Below are positions 28,810 through 35,931 of a stretch of DNA of 50,850 bases, piece by piece. The stretch is taken from positions 1 through 50,850 of the forward strand of contig JBASCT010000021.1 of the NCBI GenBank assembly GCA_049651785.1, in the 5' to 3' direction. Source of the DNA: Minisyncoccia bacterium (GTDB lineage Bacteria; Patescibacteriota; Minisyncoccia; Phycocordibacterales; Zambryskibacteraceae). The position numbers and the translations under genes are program-made. Positions within the stretch are counted from its first letter, which is position 1; the number at the start of each line of letters is the position of its first letter. Below the pieces are notes generated by a model. The model did not search any database. It worked only from the letters and a program-made list of their open reading frames with translations, and was not told the origin of the DNA.

Positions 28810-29619
28810 ATGAAGAGTTTTCTCGTGCTTTTCCTTCTCCCTCTCGTGGCCCTCGCCGGTGCGCCGAATGACGGCCCGCCGGAGGAGCCGCCGCAGGAAC
28901 CTCCCTCGTGGGAACGGGTTCTCAAGATGAACCAGGATGTTGATGTCGAGAACACCAACGTCAACACCAATATCGTGAAGACCGAGGTCGGCGCTCAAGC
29001 TGAGGCCGACGCGGATGCCAATGCAATCGTGGGTGACACGACCGCCATCGCCAAGGGTGGCGAAGGTGGCCAAGGAGGTCAGGGTGGACAGGGTGGGGCG
29101 GGCGGTGCATCTACCGTCGGCGACACGACCGCTACCGTGGGCAACGTCACTGGCGGAAGTGTTTCCGTCGTGAACGAGGGTAACAAAGTCGATTACCCCC
29201 GCCAAGCGCCTCCGGCTTACGCACCCAGCGTCTTTCCTTCGTCCGACAAGTGTGACAGTGGCGGCTTCTCGATCGCCCTGTCCTCGCCGGTCGGCGGCGT
29301 CTCGGCCGGCAAAGGCAAAGGCAAGCCGAGTAAAACGCCGAGTGACGACTGTCTTTTCTCCCTCTCACAGCAATTTGCTGCGGGCGGGAGGTACGATCTC
29401 TGGTGCAGAACCCTGATGGCAAGCAATTCGGCAACCTACGTTTTCCGTGAAGACGAAGTCAAGCCGATCTGTGACAACGTTCAGGGCCCCGCGCCGCTCG
29501 TACAGACACCCGCCCAGAACCAGCCGACCATCGTTGTTTTACCGGTCGGCGCACCGGGAACAGACTTCGACGAGAAGCTCAAACGTGCCTTCGAGGCCGC
29601 CATGGCTAATCCGAAATAG
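28810..29619 (+). CDS. Secreted hypothetical protein with GGQ repeats
   Basis: AAGGAG 7 nt upstream. Signal peptide FLVLFLLPLVALAGA. GGEGGQGGQGGQGGAGG tract. Confidence 0.6.
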   Translation: MKSFLVLFLLPLVALAGAPNDGPPEEPPQEPPSWERVLKMNQDVDVENTNVNTNIVKTEVGAQAEADADANAIVGDTTAIAKGGEGGQGGQGGQGGAGGASTVGDTTATVGNVTGGSVSVVNEGNKVDYPRQAPPAYAPSVFPSSDKCDSGGFSIALSSPVGGVSAGKGKGKPSKTPSDDCLFSLSQQFAAGGRYDLWCRTLMASNSATYVFREDEVKPICDNVQGPAPLVQTPAQNQPTIVVLPVGAPGTDFDEKLKRAFEAAMANPK

Positions 29620-29639
29620 CGCACCTCGTGTGCACACAG

Positions 29640-29671
29640 GGTCAGTTGGAGAAATCCAACTGACCTTTTTT
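29640..29671 (+). terminator. Rho-independent terminator
   Basis: ggtcagttgga-gaaa-tccaactgacc followed by tttttt. Confidence 0.85.
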
Positions 29672-29722
29672 ATTTATTTTTGCCTGTGCTAGGATGCTTT
29701 CAGGCACAAAGGAGTTGAGACT

Positions 29723-29905
29723 ATGAATACAAAGCCTGATTCCAGAGCCAAGAAAATGGCTCGCCGTGTTATGGAGTTCTATGCAACTCCGGAAGGGAAG
29801 AAGGCGCTCCAAGAATCTCAAAAACGGATGAAAAGAACCCACGAGCTTCTTGCCAAGGGGCGAGAGATTGACCCCGAAGAGCTTCGCAAACCTTTCACGA
29901 TCTGA
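29723..29905 (+). CDS. Hypothetical small basic protein, 60 aa
   Basis: AAGGAG 8 nt upstream. Hairpins at 29896-29915 and 29930-29960 downstream. Confidence 0.5.
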   Translation: MNTKPDSRAKKMARRVMEFYATPEGKKALQESQKRMKRTHELLAKGREIDPEELRKPFTI

Positions 29906-29929
29906 CAATCGTGATCAGCAGATTCAGAA

Positions 29930-29965
29930 GGGCCAGTTCGGTTTTACCACCAACTGGCTCTTTTT
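29930..29965 (+). terminator. Rho-independent terminator
   Basis: gggccagtt / aactggctc 9-bp stem (one G-T pair), 13-nt loop, followed by ttttt. Confidence 0.65.
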
Positions 29966-29978
29966 ATTTATACAACTA

Positions 29979-30006
29979 TTGACACATAGGTATTTTATGA
30001 TATAAT
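29979..30006 (+). promoter_or_regulatory. Near-consensus sigma-70 promoter TTGACA-16-(TGa)TATAAT
   Basis: TTGACA 29979-29984, TATAAT 30001-30006 preceded by TGa. Lies upstream of the ABC exporter. Confidence 0.75.
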
Positions 30007-30022
30007 CAAGGCAGACTTCAAT

Positions 30023-30088
30023 ATGTCCTTTGTCATTCGGACCAAGGATTCTTTGATTCAATCTACTCAAAAGAGAGGCAGCAGATGA
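30023..30088 (+). CDS. Possible 21-codon upstream ORF overlapping the ABC exporter start (ATGA)
   Basis: ATG 30023, MSFVIRTKDSLIQSTQKRGSR, TGA 30086-30088 overlapping ATG 30085. About 17 nt downstream of the -10 box. Coding status is unproven. Confidence 0.3.
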   Translation: MSFVIRTKDSLIQSTQKRGSR

Positions 30089-31926
30089 ACAAATTGAAAG
30101 AGACGGTAACGACGCTGCTTCTTGCAGCTCGCTACTCGCTATCTTTCTGCTGGAGAAACAGCAGAAATGAGACGATCGGGCGACTAGTAATTGCCCTGGG
30201 AACAACTCTCTTGCTTTACTTTGGCATTCAGGCAACGGGCTTCGTTATCAACGAGGTTCAGGAACTGATGCTTAAGCCGGGGACGCCCACGCTTACCGAA
30301 TTTTTCGGCAGTAGCGTCTTTGTCTCAAGCCTTTTCCTCGTCGGCGTACTTCTCTTCGGAGTGGTACTCGGCAGGTTCAACTGGTATTACCGGAACAAGT
30401 GGAATCACACTCTTCGGTTTGCCAACCAGCGGGAGCTCAACGACCACCGAGCCACACTCGATGTTGCTCGGTTTCGTAGCAAAGAGTTCGACGACCTGTC
30501 CAAGCGCATAGAGGACCTTCCCACTTCGTGGCAGACGAGAATCTGGTTTTCTGACGAGATGTTTAGTCTCTTCACGACCACAGTTTCGTTTGTTCTCTTC
30601 GGTGCGTCCCTTCTCTGGTATGAGCCATTCTACGCCCTCATTCTGGTGCTCTTCGCACTACCGATGATGACTGTAGAGTTCCGGCTTACATCGAAGTGGT
30701 GGAACCTGTTCCAAGAACTTGTTCCTCAACACAAGAAGAGAAGTGTCCTGGAGAAGCCATATCGCATGGCCAACACTTTTGTGCAGGCGCTCATGTTCAA
30801 CCAAATGCCTGCCATCAGGAAGAAGGTCGATATCAATGTCGGCGAAGTGCTGAGCTCCTACGAACAGATTCGCAAATACAGCATTCGTAATGAGATGTTT
30901 CCGCATCTTCTTGCGATACTCGGACTTTGCGGAGTACTGGTTCACGCGATCTACTCGACGATTGTTCAGGCGGGGGAAATTGGAACACTCACCATCGTCA
31001 TTGCGGCGTCACGAACCTTCCAAGGCAACTTGGAGGCGATCGTTTCGCTTATTGCCGACCAGTGGAACAGTGCCAAGGGAGTTATCCTCATCGAGGAAGA
31101 CTTTTTCGGCACAAAACCGTTTATCAAAACGGAGTATCCGGTTACCCCACGCTTCGATACCGTGCCTCGGATCAGGTTTAACGGTGTTTCGTTTACCTAT
31201 CCCAGTGCCAATACAGAGGCATTGAGAGATGTAAACTTCACCATTGAACCGGGCTCCAAGCTTGCCATTGTCGGCAAGAGTGGTGCGGGCAAGTCGACTA
31301 TCCAAGCGCTTCTCATGAGGCACTACGATCCGACCTCGGGCACGATTTATGCAGGCGACATCAGCTTGCGCAACTTCGAGCCGAATGTCTGGAGTAACGT
31401 AGTTTCTGCCCTGACCCAGGAGTACACGGTGCTTGAGCGTCGTGTCGGAGAGGAGATCGCCTCTTCTCGGCTCGACCAGCCGGTAGACCTAGGAGCAGTT
31501 GCGGTCTCCGCCCGTTTCGCCAACTTCGACGAGGTAGTGAGTTCTGACCCAAATGGTTATGACTCACAAATTGGCGTCGAGTTCGGCGGTCGAGACTTTT
31601 CCGGCGGAGAGAAGCAGAGGCTTGCTCTGGCGCGTGTTCACTACCGTGGCACGCCGATCCTCATTCTCGATGAACCAGACGCGAAACTCGATCCCGAGTC
31701 CGCGGAAAAGGTCATCAATCAGGTGTTTGCCCTTCAGGGTGTTACCGTGATTATGATTACTCACCATGTCTCCCGTGCTGAACGGTGCGACAAGGTGATC
31801 GTCATGGAGAGAGGCAGAGTTGTCGAGCAGGGCACTCATCAGGTGCTTATGGCACTCGGCGGGGTCTACGCCTCAATGTACAAGAAGGATAAAGAACGCC
31901 TTGGTCCCGAATCAAGTGATGAATAG
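30085..31926 (+). CDS. ABC exporter, fused permease/ATPase
   Basis: N-terminal TM domain. Walker A GKSGAGKST, signature FSGGEKQRLALAR, Walker B ILILDEPDAKLD. Confidence 0.9.
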   Translation: MNKLKETVTTLLLAARYSLSFCWRNSRNETIGRLVIALGTTLLLYFGIQATGFVINEVQELMLKPGTPTLTEFFGSSVFVSSLFLVGVLLFGVVLGRFNWYYRNKWNHTLRFANQRELNDHRATLDVARFRSKEFDDLSKRIEDLPTSWQTRIWFSDEMFSLFTTTVSFVLFGASLLWYEPFYALILVLFALPMMTVEFRLTSKWWNLFQELVPQHKKRSVLEKPYRMANTFVQALMFNQMPAIRKKVDINVGEVLSSYEQIRKYSIRNEMFPHLLAILGLCGVLVHAIYSTIVQAGEIGTLTIVIAASRTFQGNLEAIVSLIADQWNSAKGVILIEEDFFGTKPFIKTEYPVTPRFDTVPRIRFNGVSFTYPSANTEALRDVNFTIEPGSKLAIVGKSGAGKSTIQALLMRHYDPTSGTIYAGDISLRNFEPNVWSNVVSALTQEYTVLERRVGEEIASSRLDQPVDLGAVAVSARFANFDEVVSSDPNGYDSQIGVEFGGRDFSGGEKQRLALARVHYRGTPILILDEPDAKLDPESAEKVINQVFALQGVTVIMITHHVSRAERCDKVIVMERGRVVEQGTHQVLMALGGVYASMYKKDKERLGPESSDE

Positions 31927-31935
31927 TCACACACG

Positions 31936-31964
31936 ACCGCCGAGATTACACTCGGCGGTTTTTT
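31936..31964 (+). terminator. Rho-independent terminator
   Basis: accgccgag-attaca-ctcggcggt followed by ttttt. Confidence 0.85.
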
Positions 31965-31990
31965 ATATACAAGATAGAGAGTTTTTCCAA

Positions 31991-32010
31991 CGTGGTATTA
32001 TTAAAAAATG
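31991..32010 (+). promoter_or_regulatory. Promoter/leaderless-start module copy A (CGTGGTATTATTAAAAAATG)
   Basis: Extended -10 TGgTATTAT with the ATG 6 nt downstream. Identical 20-mers occur at 33648 and 35912. Confidence 0.65.
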
Positions 32011-32124
32011 AGTTTTCCCGTTTTTAGTATTACTCTTGGAGTGACGGCTGGACTCCTTCAGCTTATCGGATACTTCTTTTACGTAAAGAAAATAAATGTT
32101 GGCAGGGTGAAGCCGAATGCTTGA
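32008..32124 (+). pseudogene. Truncated 5' fragment of a membrane-protein gene (38 codons)
   Basis: MSFPVFSITLGVTAGLLQLIGYFFYVKKINVGRVKPNA then stop. Homologous to the fragment at 33665. It could instead be a genuine small TM peptide. Confidence 0.45.
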
Positions 32125-32149
32125 CACAATAACGAGGTTTCTGTATAAA
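32121..32149 (+). promoter_or_regulatory. Sigma-70 promoter TTGACA-17-(TGt)TATAAA
   Basis: TTGACA 32121-32126, TATAAA 32144-32149. Drives the acidic peptide gene. Confidence 0.65.
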
Positions 32150-32195
32150 GCAGGCAGGTTCAGGTTCTTCCGAGAGCGACAAGGAGGTGAGACGG

Positions 32196-32342
32196 ATGCT
32201 CAAATTTTTCAGCTTGGCCGGCCCTGGGGGTGACAGCGACAGTGACGACAGCAGCAGTAGCGACGATGACGACGACGGCTGCGATCACGGAGACTACAGT
32301 GAAGACAGCGATGCGGACTCGCCGGACACCGATGCTGGCTGA
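32196..32342 (+). CDS. Highly acidic Asp/Ser-rich 48-aa peptide
   Basis: AAGGAGGTGA 5 nt upstream of the ATG. MLKFFSLAGPGGDSDSDDSSSSDDDDDGCDHGDYSEDSDADSPDTDAG. A strong terminator follows. Below the ORF-track cutoff. Confidence 0.6.
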   Translation: MLKFFSLAGPGGDSDSDDSSSSDDDDDGCDHGDYSEDSDADSPDTDAG

Positions 32343-32361
32343 CCAGTTGTCAGCGCCGAAC

Positions 32362-32405
32362 ACGGGTCAGTCGGATTTTAGTCCGACTGACCCGTCATCT
32401 TTTTT
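32362..32405. terminator. Bidirectional terminator, 14-bp stem
   Basis: acgggtcagtcgga-ttttag-tccgactgacccgt followed by catctttttt. Lies between convergent genes. Confidence 0.85.
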
Positions 32406-32989
32406 ATAACATTATCTGGTCCAATTTTTTCCATTAATGTAAGAGCTTCACTATATTCATTAGTACTATGGTCACTTGTGCGCCGTGTTGTAATATCCCA
32501 TAAATCAGTATCCAAGATTTTCTTAAGAACTGAAAAAACTATTACATGATTATTTGTGGTATCGGATTCTTTTTCATCAAACTTTATTCTTTTAATTCTG
32601 TTGTTAGTTAATATTACGTGAATTAATTCGTGAGCCAGAGTAGCAACAAACTCTTTTGGTGTAAACCCACTTTTTATTATTATTGGATTACTAGATGCTC
32701 TAGATATACCACTCACTATATACACATCAATCACATCTCGGTTAAACGATAAGTTAAGGCAATTAGAAATATCCTTTGTAATAGTATACTTTTTCCACTC
32801 ATTCTTGTATGCATTTATTCTTTTTTCCAACTCTTCTTTCTCTGGTGGTTTCCATTCGCTCCAACCCTTCTTTTTCAATTCAGGGTTATTCTGGCAGTAA
32901 AAAATAAAAACCGGGTCAATTAGACGCCCATATTGAATATTGACTCTCGGCTCTTTTCGCCAACTAAAATAGCGTTTTAAAAAGCTCAT
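32378..32989 (-). CDS. Putative HExxH zinc metallopeptidase-like protein
   Basis: TLAHELIHVIL motif (ImmA/IrrE- or SprT-like flavour). Start ATG 32989 (MSFLKRYF) is preferred over 33022 because a TATAAT box lies between them. Very AT-rich. Confidence 0.5.
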   Translation of the reverse strand: MSFLKRYFSWRKEPRVNIQYGRLIDPVFIFYCQNNPELKKKGWSEWKPPEKEELEKRINAYKNEWKKYTITKDISNCLNLSFNRDVIDVYIVSGISRASSNPIIIKSGFTPKEFVATLAHELIHVILTNNRIKRIKFDEKESDTTNNHVIVFSVLKKILDTDLWDITTRRTSDHSTNEYSEALTLMEKIGPDNVIKKMTGQSD

Positions 32990-32990
32990 A

Positions 32991-33019
32991 TTGACAATCT
33001 CTAAATTAAGTATTATATT
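32991..33019 (+). promoter_or_regulatory. Sigma-70 promoter TTGACA-17-TATATT
   Basis: TTGACA 32991-32996, TATATT 33014-33019. AAGGAGG at 33054-33060 precedes ATG 33065. Confidence 0.65.
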
Positions 33020-33064
33020 CATAAATAGACTAGCACTTAGACAATCTTAAAGCAAGGAGGTTAC

Positions 33065-33595
33065 ATGTCCACGGTTTTAAGCACAAGGAGAGTATTTCTC
33101 CGCCCAGTCAGTGAAGAGGATGCGGAGCTTCTTGCCGAATGGCGCAATACCAAGCACTACCTGGAATTCATTTCTTCTAGAGAAAGAAGAAATTATCAGA
33201 CCCAATTCCTTGTGTGCTTGAAGAAGAACAATAAGTCGATAGGTGTTGTATACACTTTTGCTCACAACAAGAACGACGGCTACATGTTCCTGAGTGTTTT
33301 CCTTGTTGACGGGTATCGGAGGGTTGGTTACGGCATAGAGGCGTGTGCCTTGATGGTTTGCCACACCTTCGAAAATTTTCCCATTTACAAGATTTACTGT
33401 GATGCCTTCTCTTCCAACACACAGTCGATATCGATGATGAGGGGTGCCGGTCTGCAACAGGAAGGTTTCTTCGTTGGCCACCGGCTGTATAACGGGAAAA
33501 GGTATGACGTGATTCGTTTCGCCGTTCACCAGAAAGATCTTGCTTTTGCAAAAGTGTTGGTGGAAAAGTTCAATCGTTCTAAACAGACGGACTAG
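33065..33595 (+). CDS. GNAT family N-acetyltransferase (RimJ/RimL-like)
   Basis: RRVFLRPVSEEDAELLAEWRN N-terminus and the later G.G.EA...... /N..S......GF core pattern are typical of the Acetyltransf_3 type. Confidence 0.75.
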   Translation: MSTVLSTRRVFLRPVSEEDAELLAEWRNTKHYLEFISSRERRNYQTQFLVCLKKNNKSIGVVYTFAHNKNDGYMFLSVFLVDGYRRVGYGIEACALMVCHTFENFPIYKIYCDAFSSNTQSISMMRGAGLQQEGFFVGHRLYNGKRYDVIRFAVHQKDLAFAKVLVEKFNRSKQTD

Positions 33596-33623
33596 CGTTT
33601 TCAAACAGCGCTAGTCCGTTTTT
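33587..33623 (+). terminator. Rho-independent terminator
   Basis: acggactagcg-(11-nt loop)-cgctagtccgt followed by tttt. The stem includes the GNAT stop codon. Confidence 0.75.
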
Positions 33624-33647
33624 AACATCATAAAAGAATTTCTCTTG

Positions 33648-33667
33648 CGTGGTATTATTAAAAAATG
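33648..33667 (+). promoter_or_regulatory. Promoter/leaderless-start module copy B
   Basis: CGTGGTATTATTAAAAAATG, identical to copies at 31991 and 35912. Confidence 0.65.
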
Positions 33668-33748
33668 AGTTTTCCTGTGTTTACCATAACACTTGGTATC
33701 TTTGCTGGGTTTGTGCAACCAATTACAACACTAGTAGTAACAATTTAG
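33665..33748 (+). pseudogene. Truncated 5' fragment of the same membrane-protein gene family (27 codons)
   Basis: MSFPVFTITLGIFAGFVQPITTLVVTI then TAG. The first 29 nt from the module start are identical to copy A; the sequences diverge after that. Confidence 0.45.
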
Positions 33749-33829
33749 CAGATTAGTGCATTATCTTGATTTCCTTGATCCGTTCCTGTAGTTTGGTGCC
33801 CAGATGTTCATTTAAATCCGGAGAAATCA

Positions 33830-34828
33830 ATGGAAATTCGCTTTGTTGTTGCAACACATTGCAACGCTGACTGCTACTTCTGTCTCAATGAGTATGTTGG
33901 AACAAAGTCCCCAAATTTCGCACTCTACCCAACTCATTATGAAAGAATAATGAGATCGGCGGCTGATCTAGCCGTAACAGATTGCACAATTACAGGAGGA
34001 GAACCAACCTTAAGAAAAGATCTCGGTGGAGTTATGTCTGCGATACGAGGTAATGCTTCTCGTATAACACTCATTACCAACGGGTATCGTCTTCCGCAAC
34101 ACAAACTTGCGCTTGAGCAGATCGATGAGCTCCATGTTAGTTTCCATTCAATGAATGAAGGTGAGTGGAAACGAATAACTAATGTCGGAGGTGGTCCCGA
34201 ACGCGTGATTCGTGGTTTGCGTTTTGCACGATCAGTAAACGAGGAGATGAGGATTAAGCTCAACGTTGTGAGTGAGGAACAAAACTCTACCAATGAGGAG
34301 ATTGAAAAATATCTCACTCTCGCAAAGGAGATCTCAGCTGACATCAACGTTTTTAAGGAAGGATATTTTTCTTTCCTTAGTGAAATGGGTGTGGAGGTTA
34401 AGAAATCTCCTGTTCCAGTAGAACTTTGGGAATTGGAATCATTTTCCCCCATTCTTCTTGGAAGTACCCACAGAAAGAAGACTTTCTCTGTAAATGGTGT
34501 GAAAGTTTCACTTTCTCACACGAGTACCGACTTTCCTAGTTGGGATTCATGCTGGATTACTCCTATGGGACAAGCGTTTGTTGATTCTAGGCAACGCCTA
34601 CCGCTCATAGATCTCTTACCCGCCATCGAATCCGAAAACTACAAAAAAATTAGGGGTTCTCTGGATTCTCTTTTTAGAGAAGCAGAGATATGGCGCGGGT
34701 GCGGAGACGTTGGAAAGGGTAATCTACCAAAGGAGATTGAAACTCTGGGGAAAGAGCGCTCAGAAATTTTCGACACATCGAAATCTGTCAATGTTGCGAG
34801 GTTAGTGAAATGGCAAAAGCAAAGATAG
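33830..34828 (+). CDS. Radical SAM enzyme, MoaA/viperin-like
   Basis: CNADCYFC (CxxxCxxC) at residues 11-18, ITGGEPTLRKDL, LITNGYRL. The C-terminal Cys triad of MoaA is not present. GGAG 6 nt upstream of the ATG. Confidence 0.8.
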   Translation: MEIRFVVATHCNADCYFCLNEYVGTKSPNFALYPTHYERIMRSAADLAVTDCTITGGEPTLRKDLGGVMSAIRGNASRITLITNGYRLPQHKLALEQIDELHVSFHSMNEGEWKRITNVGGGPERVIRGLRFARSVNEEMRIKLNVVSEEQNSTNEEIEKYLTLAKEISADINVFKEGYFSFLSEMGVEVKKSPVPVELWELESFSPILLGSTHRKKTFSVNGVKVSLSHTSTDFPSWDSCWITPMGQAFVDSRQRLPLIDLLPAIESENYKKIRGSLDSLFREAEIWRGCGDVGKGNLPKEIETLGKERSEIFDTSKSVNVARLVKWQKQR

Positions 34829-35361
34829 TTTCTTTTGACGGACATGATTGTGTCGGCAAGACATCTCTGATGAGCGCGACTGTTCACGCGCTTTCAGAGA
34901 AAGGTCTTTCGGTTACAATGTTCAGGTCAGTAAATAAGGACTTTGAGACAGAGCGTCTGCGTCACTCAGAAGTATCTCAGAACATTTGGTTCTATGTGAG
35001 CGCATGGTTGAACACTGAAAAGGAAATCCTTAAATCAGTAGATTCAACAAACTTCATCTTCATCGACAGGTCTTATTACTCGACCATGGTTCTTGCTGGG
35101 GCCCTTGACCTCTATTTTCCTCATTTTCTCCTTCAAACATTCTTGAAGCCAGACTATGCGTTTTGGGTTCAGGTTAGTGAAGAGGAGAGAATGAGACGAC
35201 TCGAAAGAAAAAGAGCCACACGAGAGGACTACATAACCGTAAACGCCACACTCATAAGTAAGGCCGATCTGATTTACACATCCTTGGGGCTACTTCCGCT
35301 TAATAACGAGGGCCCACTTCAGGATGGAGCGCAAAGGCTTTCGGCGATTCTCCTTCGCTAA
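34810..35361 (+). CDS. Thymidylate-kinase-like P-loop nucleotide kinase
   Basis: FDGHDCVGKTS P-loop, FIFIDRSYYST (DR motif), PDYAFWVQVSEEERMRRLERKR lid-like region. 19-nt overlap with the radical SAM gene. Confidence 0.7.
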   Translation: MAKAKIVSFDGHDCVGKTSLMSATVHALSEKGLSVTMFRSVNKDFETERLRHSEVSQNIWFYVSAWLNTEKEILKSVDSTNFIFIDRSYYSTMVLAGALDLYFPHFLLQTFLKPDYAFWVQVSEEERMRRLERKRATREDYITVNATLISKADLIYTSLGLLPLNNEGPLQDGAQRLSAILLR

Positions 35362-35365
35362 TTAT

Positions 35366-35401
35366 AACTGCGTACTGTAAAATTATGGTACGCAGTTTTT
35401 T
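35366..35401 (+). terminator. Rho-independent terminator
   Basis: aactgcgtac-(12-nt loop)-gtacgcagtt running into tttttt. Confidence 0.7.
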
Positions 35402-35893
35402 ATGAAATTGTTATCAAAAAAAGTAGTCAATCTTAATAATTCTAATTTGAACGTCTCTATTTTTAAGATAGAGAGCGATAGTGACCTTTTTGGTGCAAGT
35501 CGAGTGTATGTACTAGGGGTAAATAAGGGCGGTTCAGTCTGCATAATTTTCAATGCAAAGAGAAAAATATGGGGTTTCCCAGGAGGTCATATAGACGAAG
35601 GCGAATCAGTGACAGAGGCAATAAAACGAGAAAGCATGGAAGAATGCGGATATTCTCTTGAGATTGTTGAGCCAAAATTTGTTATTGAAAATGTTGTTGA
35701 TGATAAGGTTGAGAAACAGGTAATATGTTTTGGCAGATTTGAACATAATATCAATAAGCTTAACGCAGCAGAAGGGGAGACTGTTACAGATGTAAGGTTT
35801 GTGAATCTGTCCGAATTAAACACACTTATTTCTTTGCCTCAAGTTTGGTCAGAAATAATTGAGGAATTTGAATTGTGGTTGAAAAACACCTAA
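35402..35893 (+). CDS. Nudix hydrolase
   Basis: Complete Nudix box GGHIDEGESVTEAIKRESMEECGY. Confidence 0.85.
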   Translation: MKLLSKKVVNLNNSNLNVSIFKIESDSDLFGASRVYVLGVNKGGSVCIIFNAKRKIWGFPGGHIDEGESVTEAIKRESMEECGYSLEIVEPKFVIENVVDDKVEKQVICFGRFEHNINKLNAAEGETVTDVRFVNLSELNTLISLPQVWSEIIEEFELWLKNT

Positions 35894-35911
35894 AAATAAC
35901 AAATCTCCTAG

Positions 35912-35931
35912 CGTGGTATTATTAAAAAATG
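35912..35931 (+). promoter_or_regulatory. Promoter/leaderless-start module copy C
   Basis: CGTGGTATTATTAAAAAATG. Here the ATG opens the 161-aa membrane protein gene. Confidence 0.65.

Noticed and set aside
32160-32363. 67-aa minus-strand hydrophobic ORF (VVVIVATAAVVTVAV).
   Set aside because: It is the reverse-complement mirror of GAC/GAT-rich Asp codons and starts inside the terminator hairpin. The plus-strand frame has a promoter, a strong SD and a terminator.
35402-35893. Treating the Nudix gene as certainly co-transcribed with the radical SAM and kinase genes.
   Set aside because: A good hairpin plus T-run (35366-35401) sits directly before its ATG. Linkage is by adjacency only, and read-through or a separate start cannot be decided from sequence.
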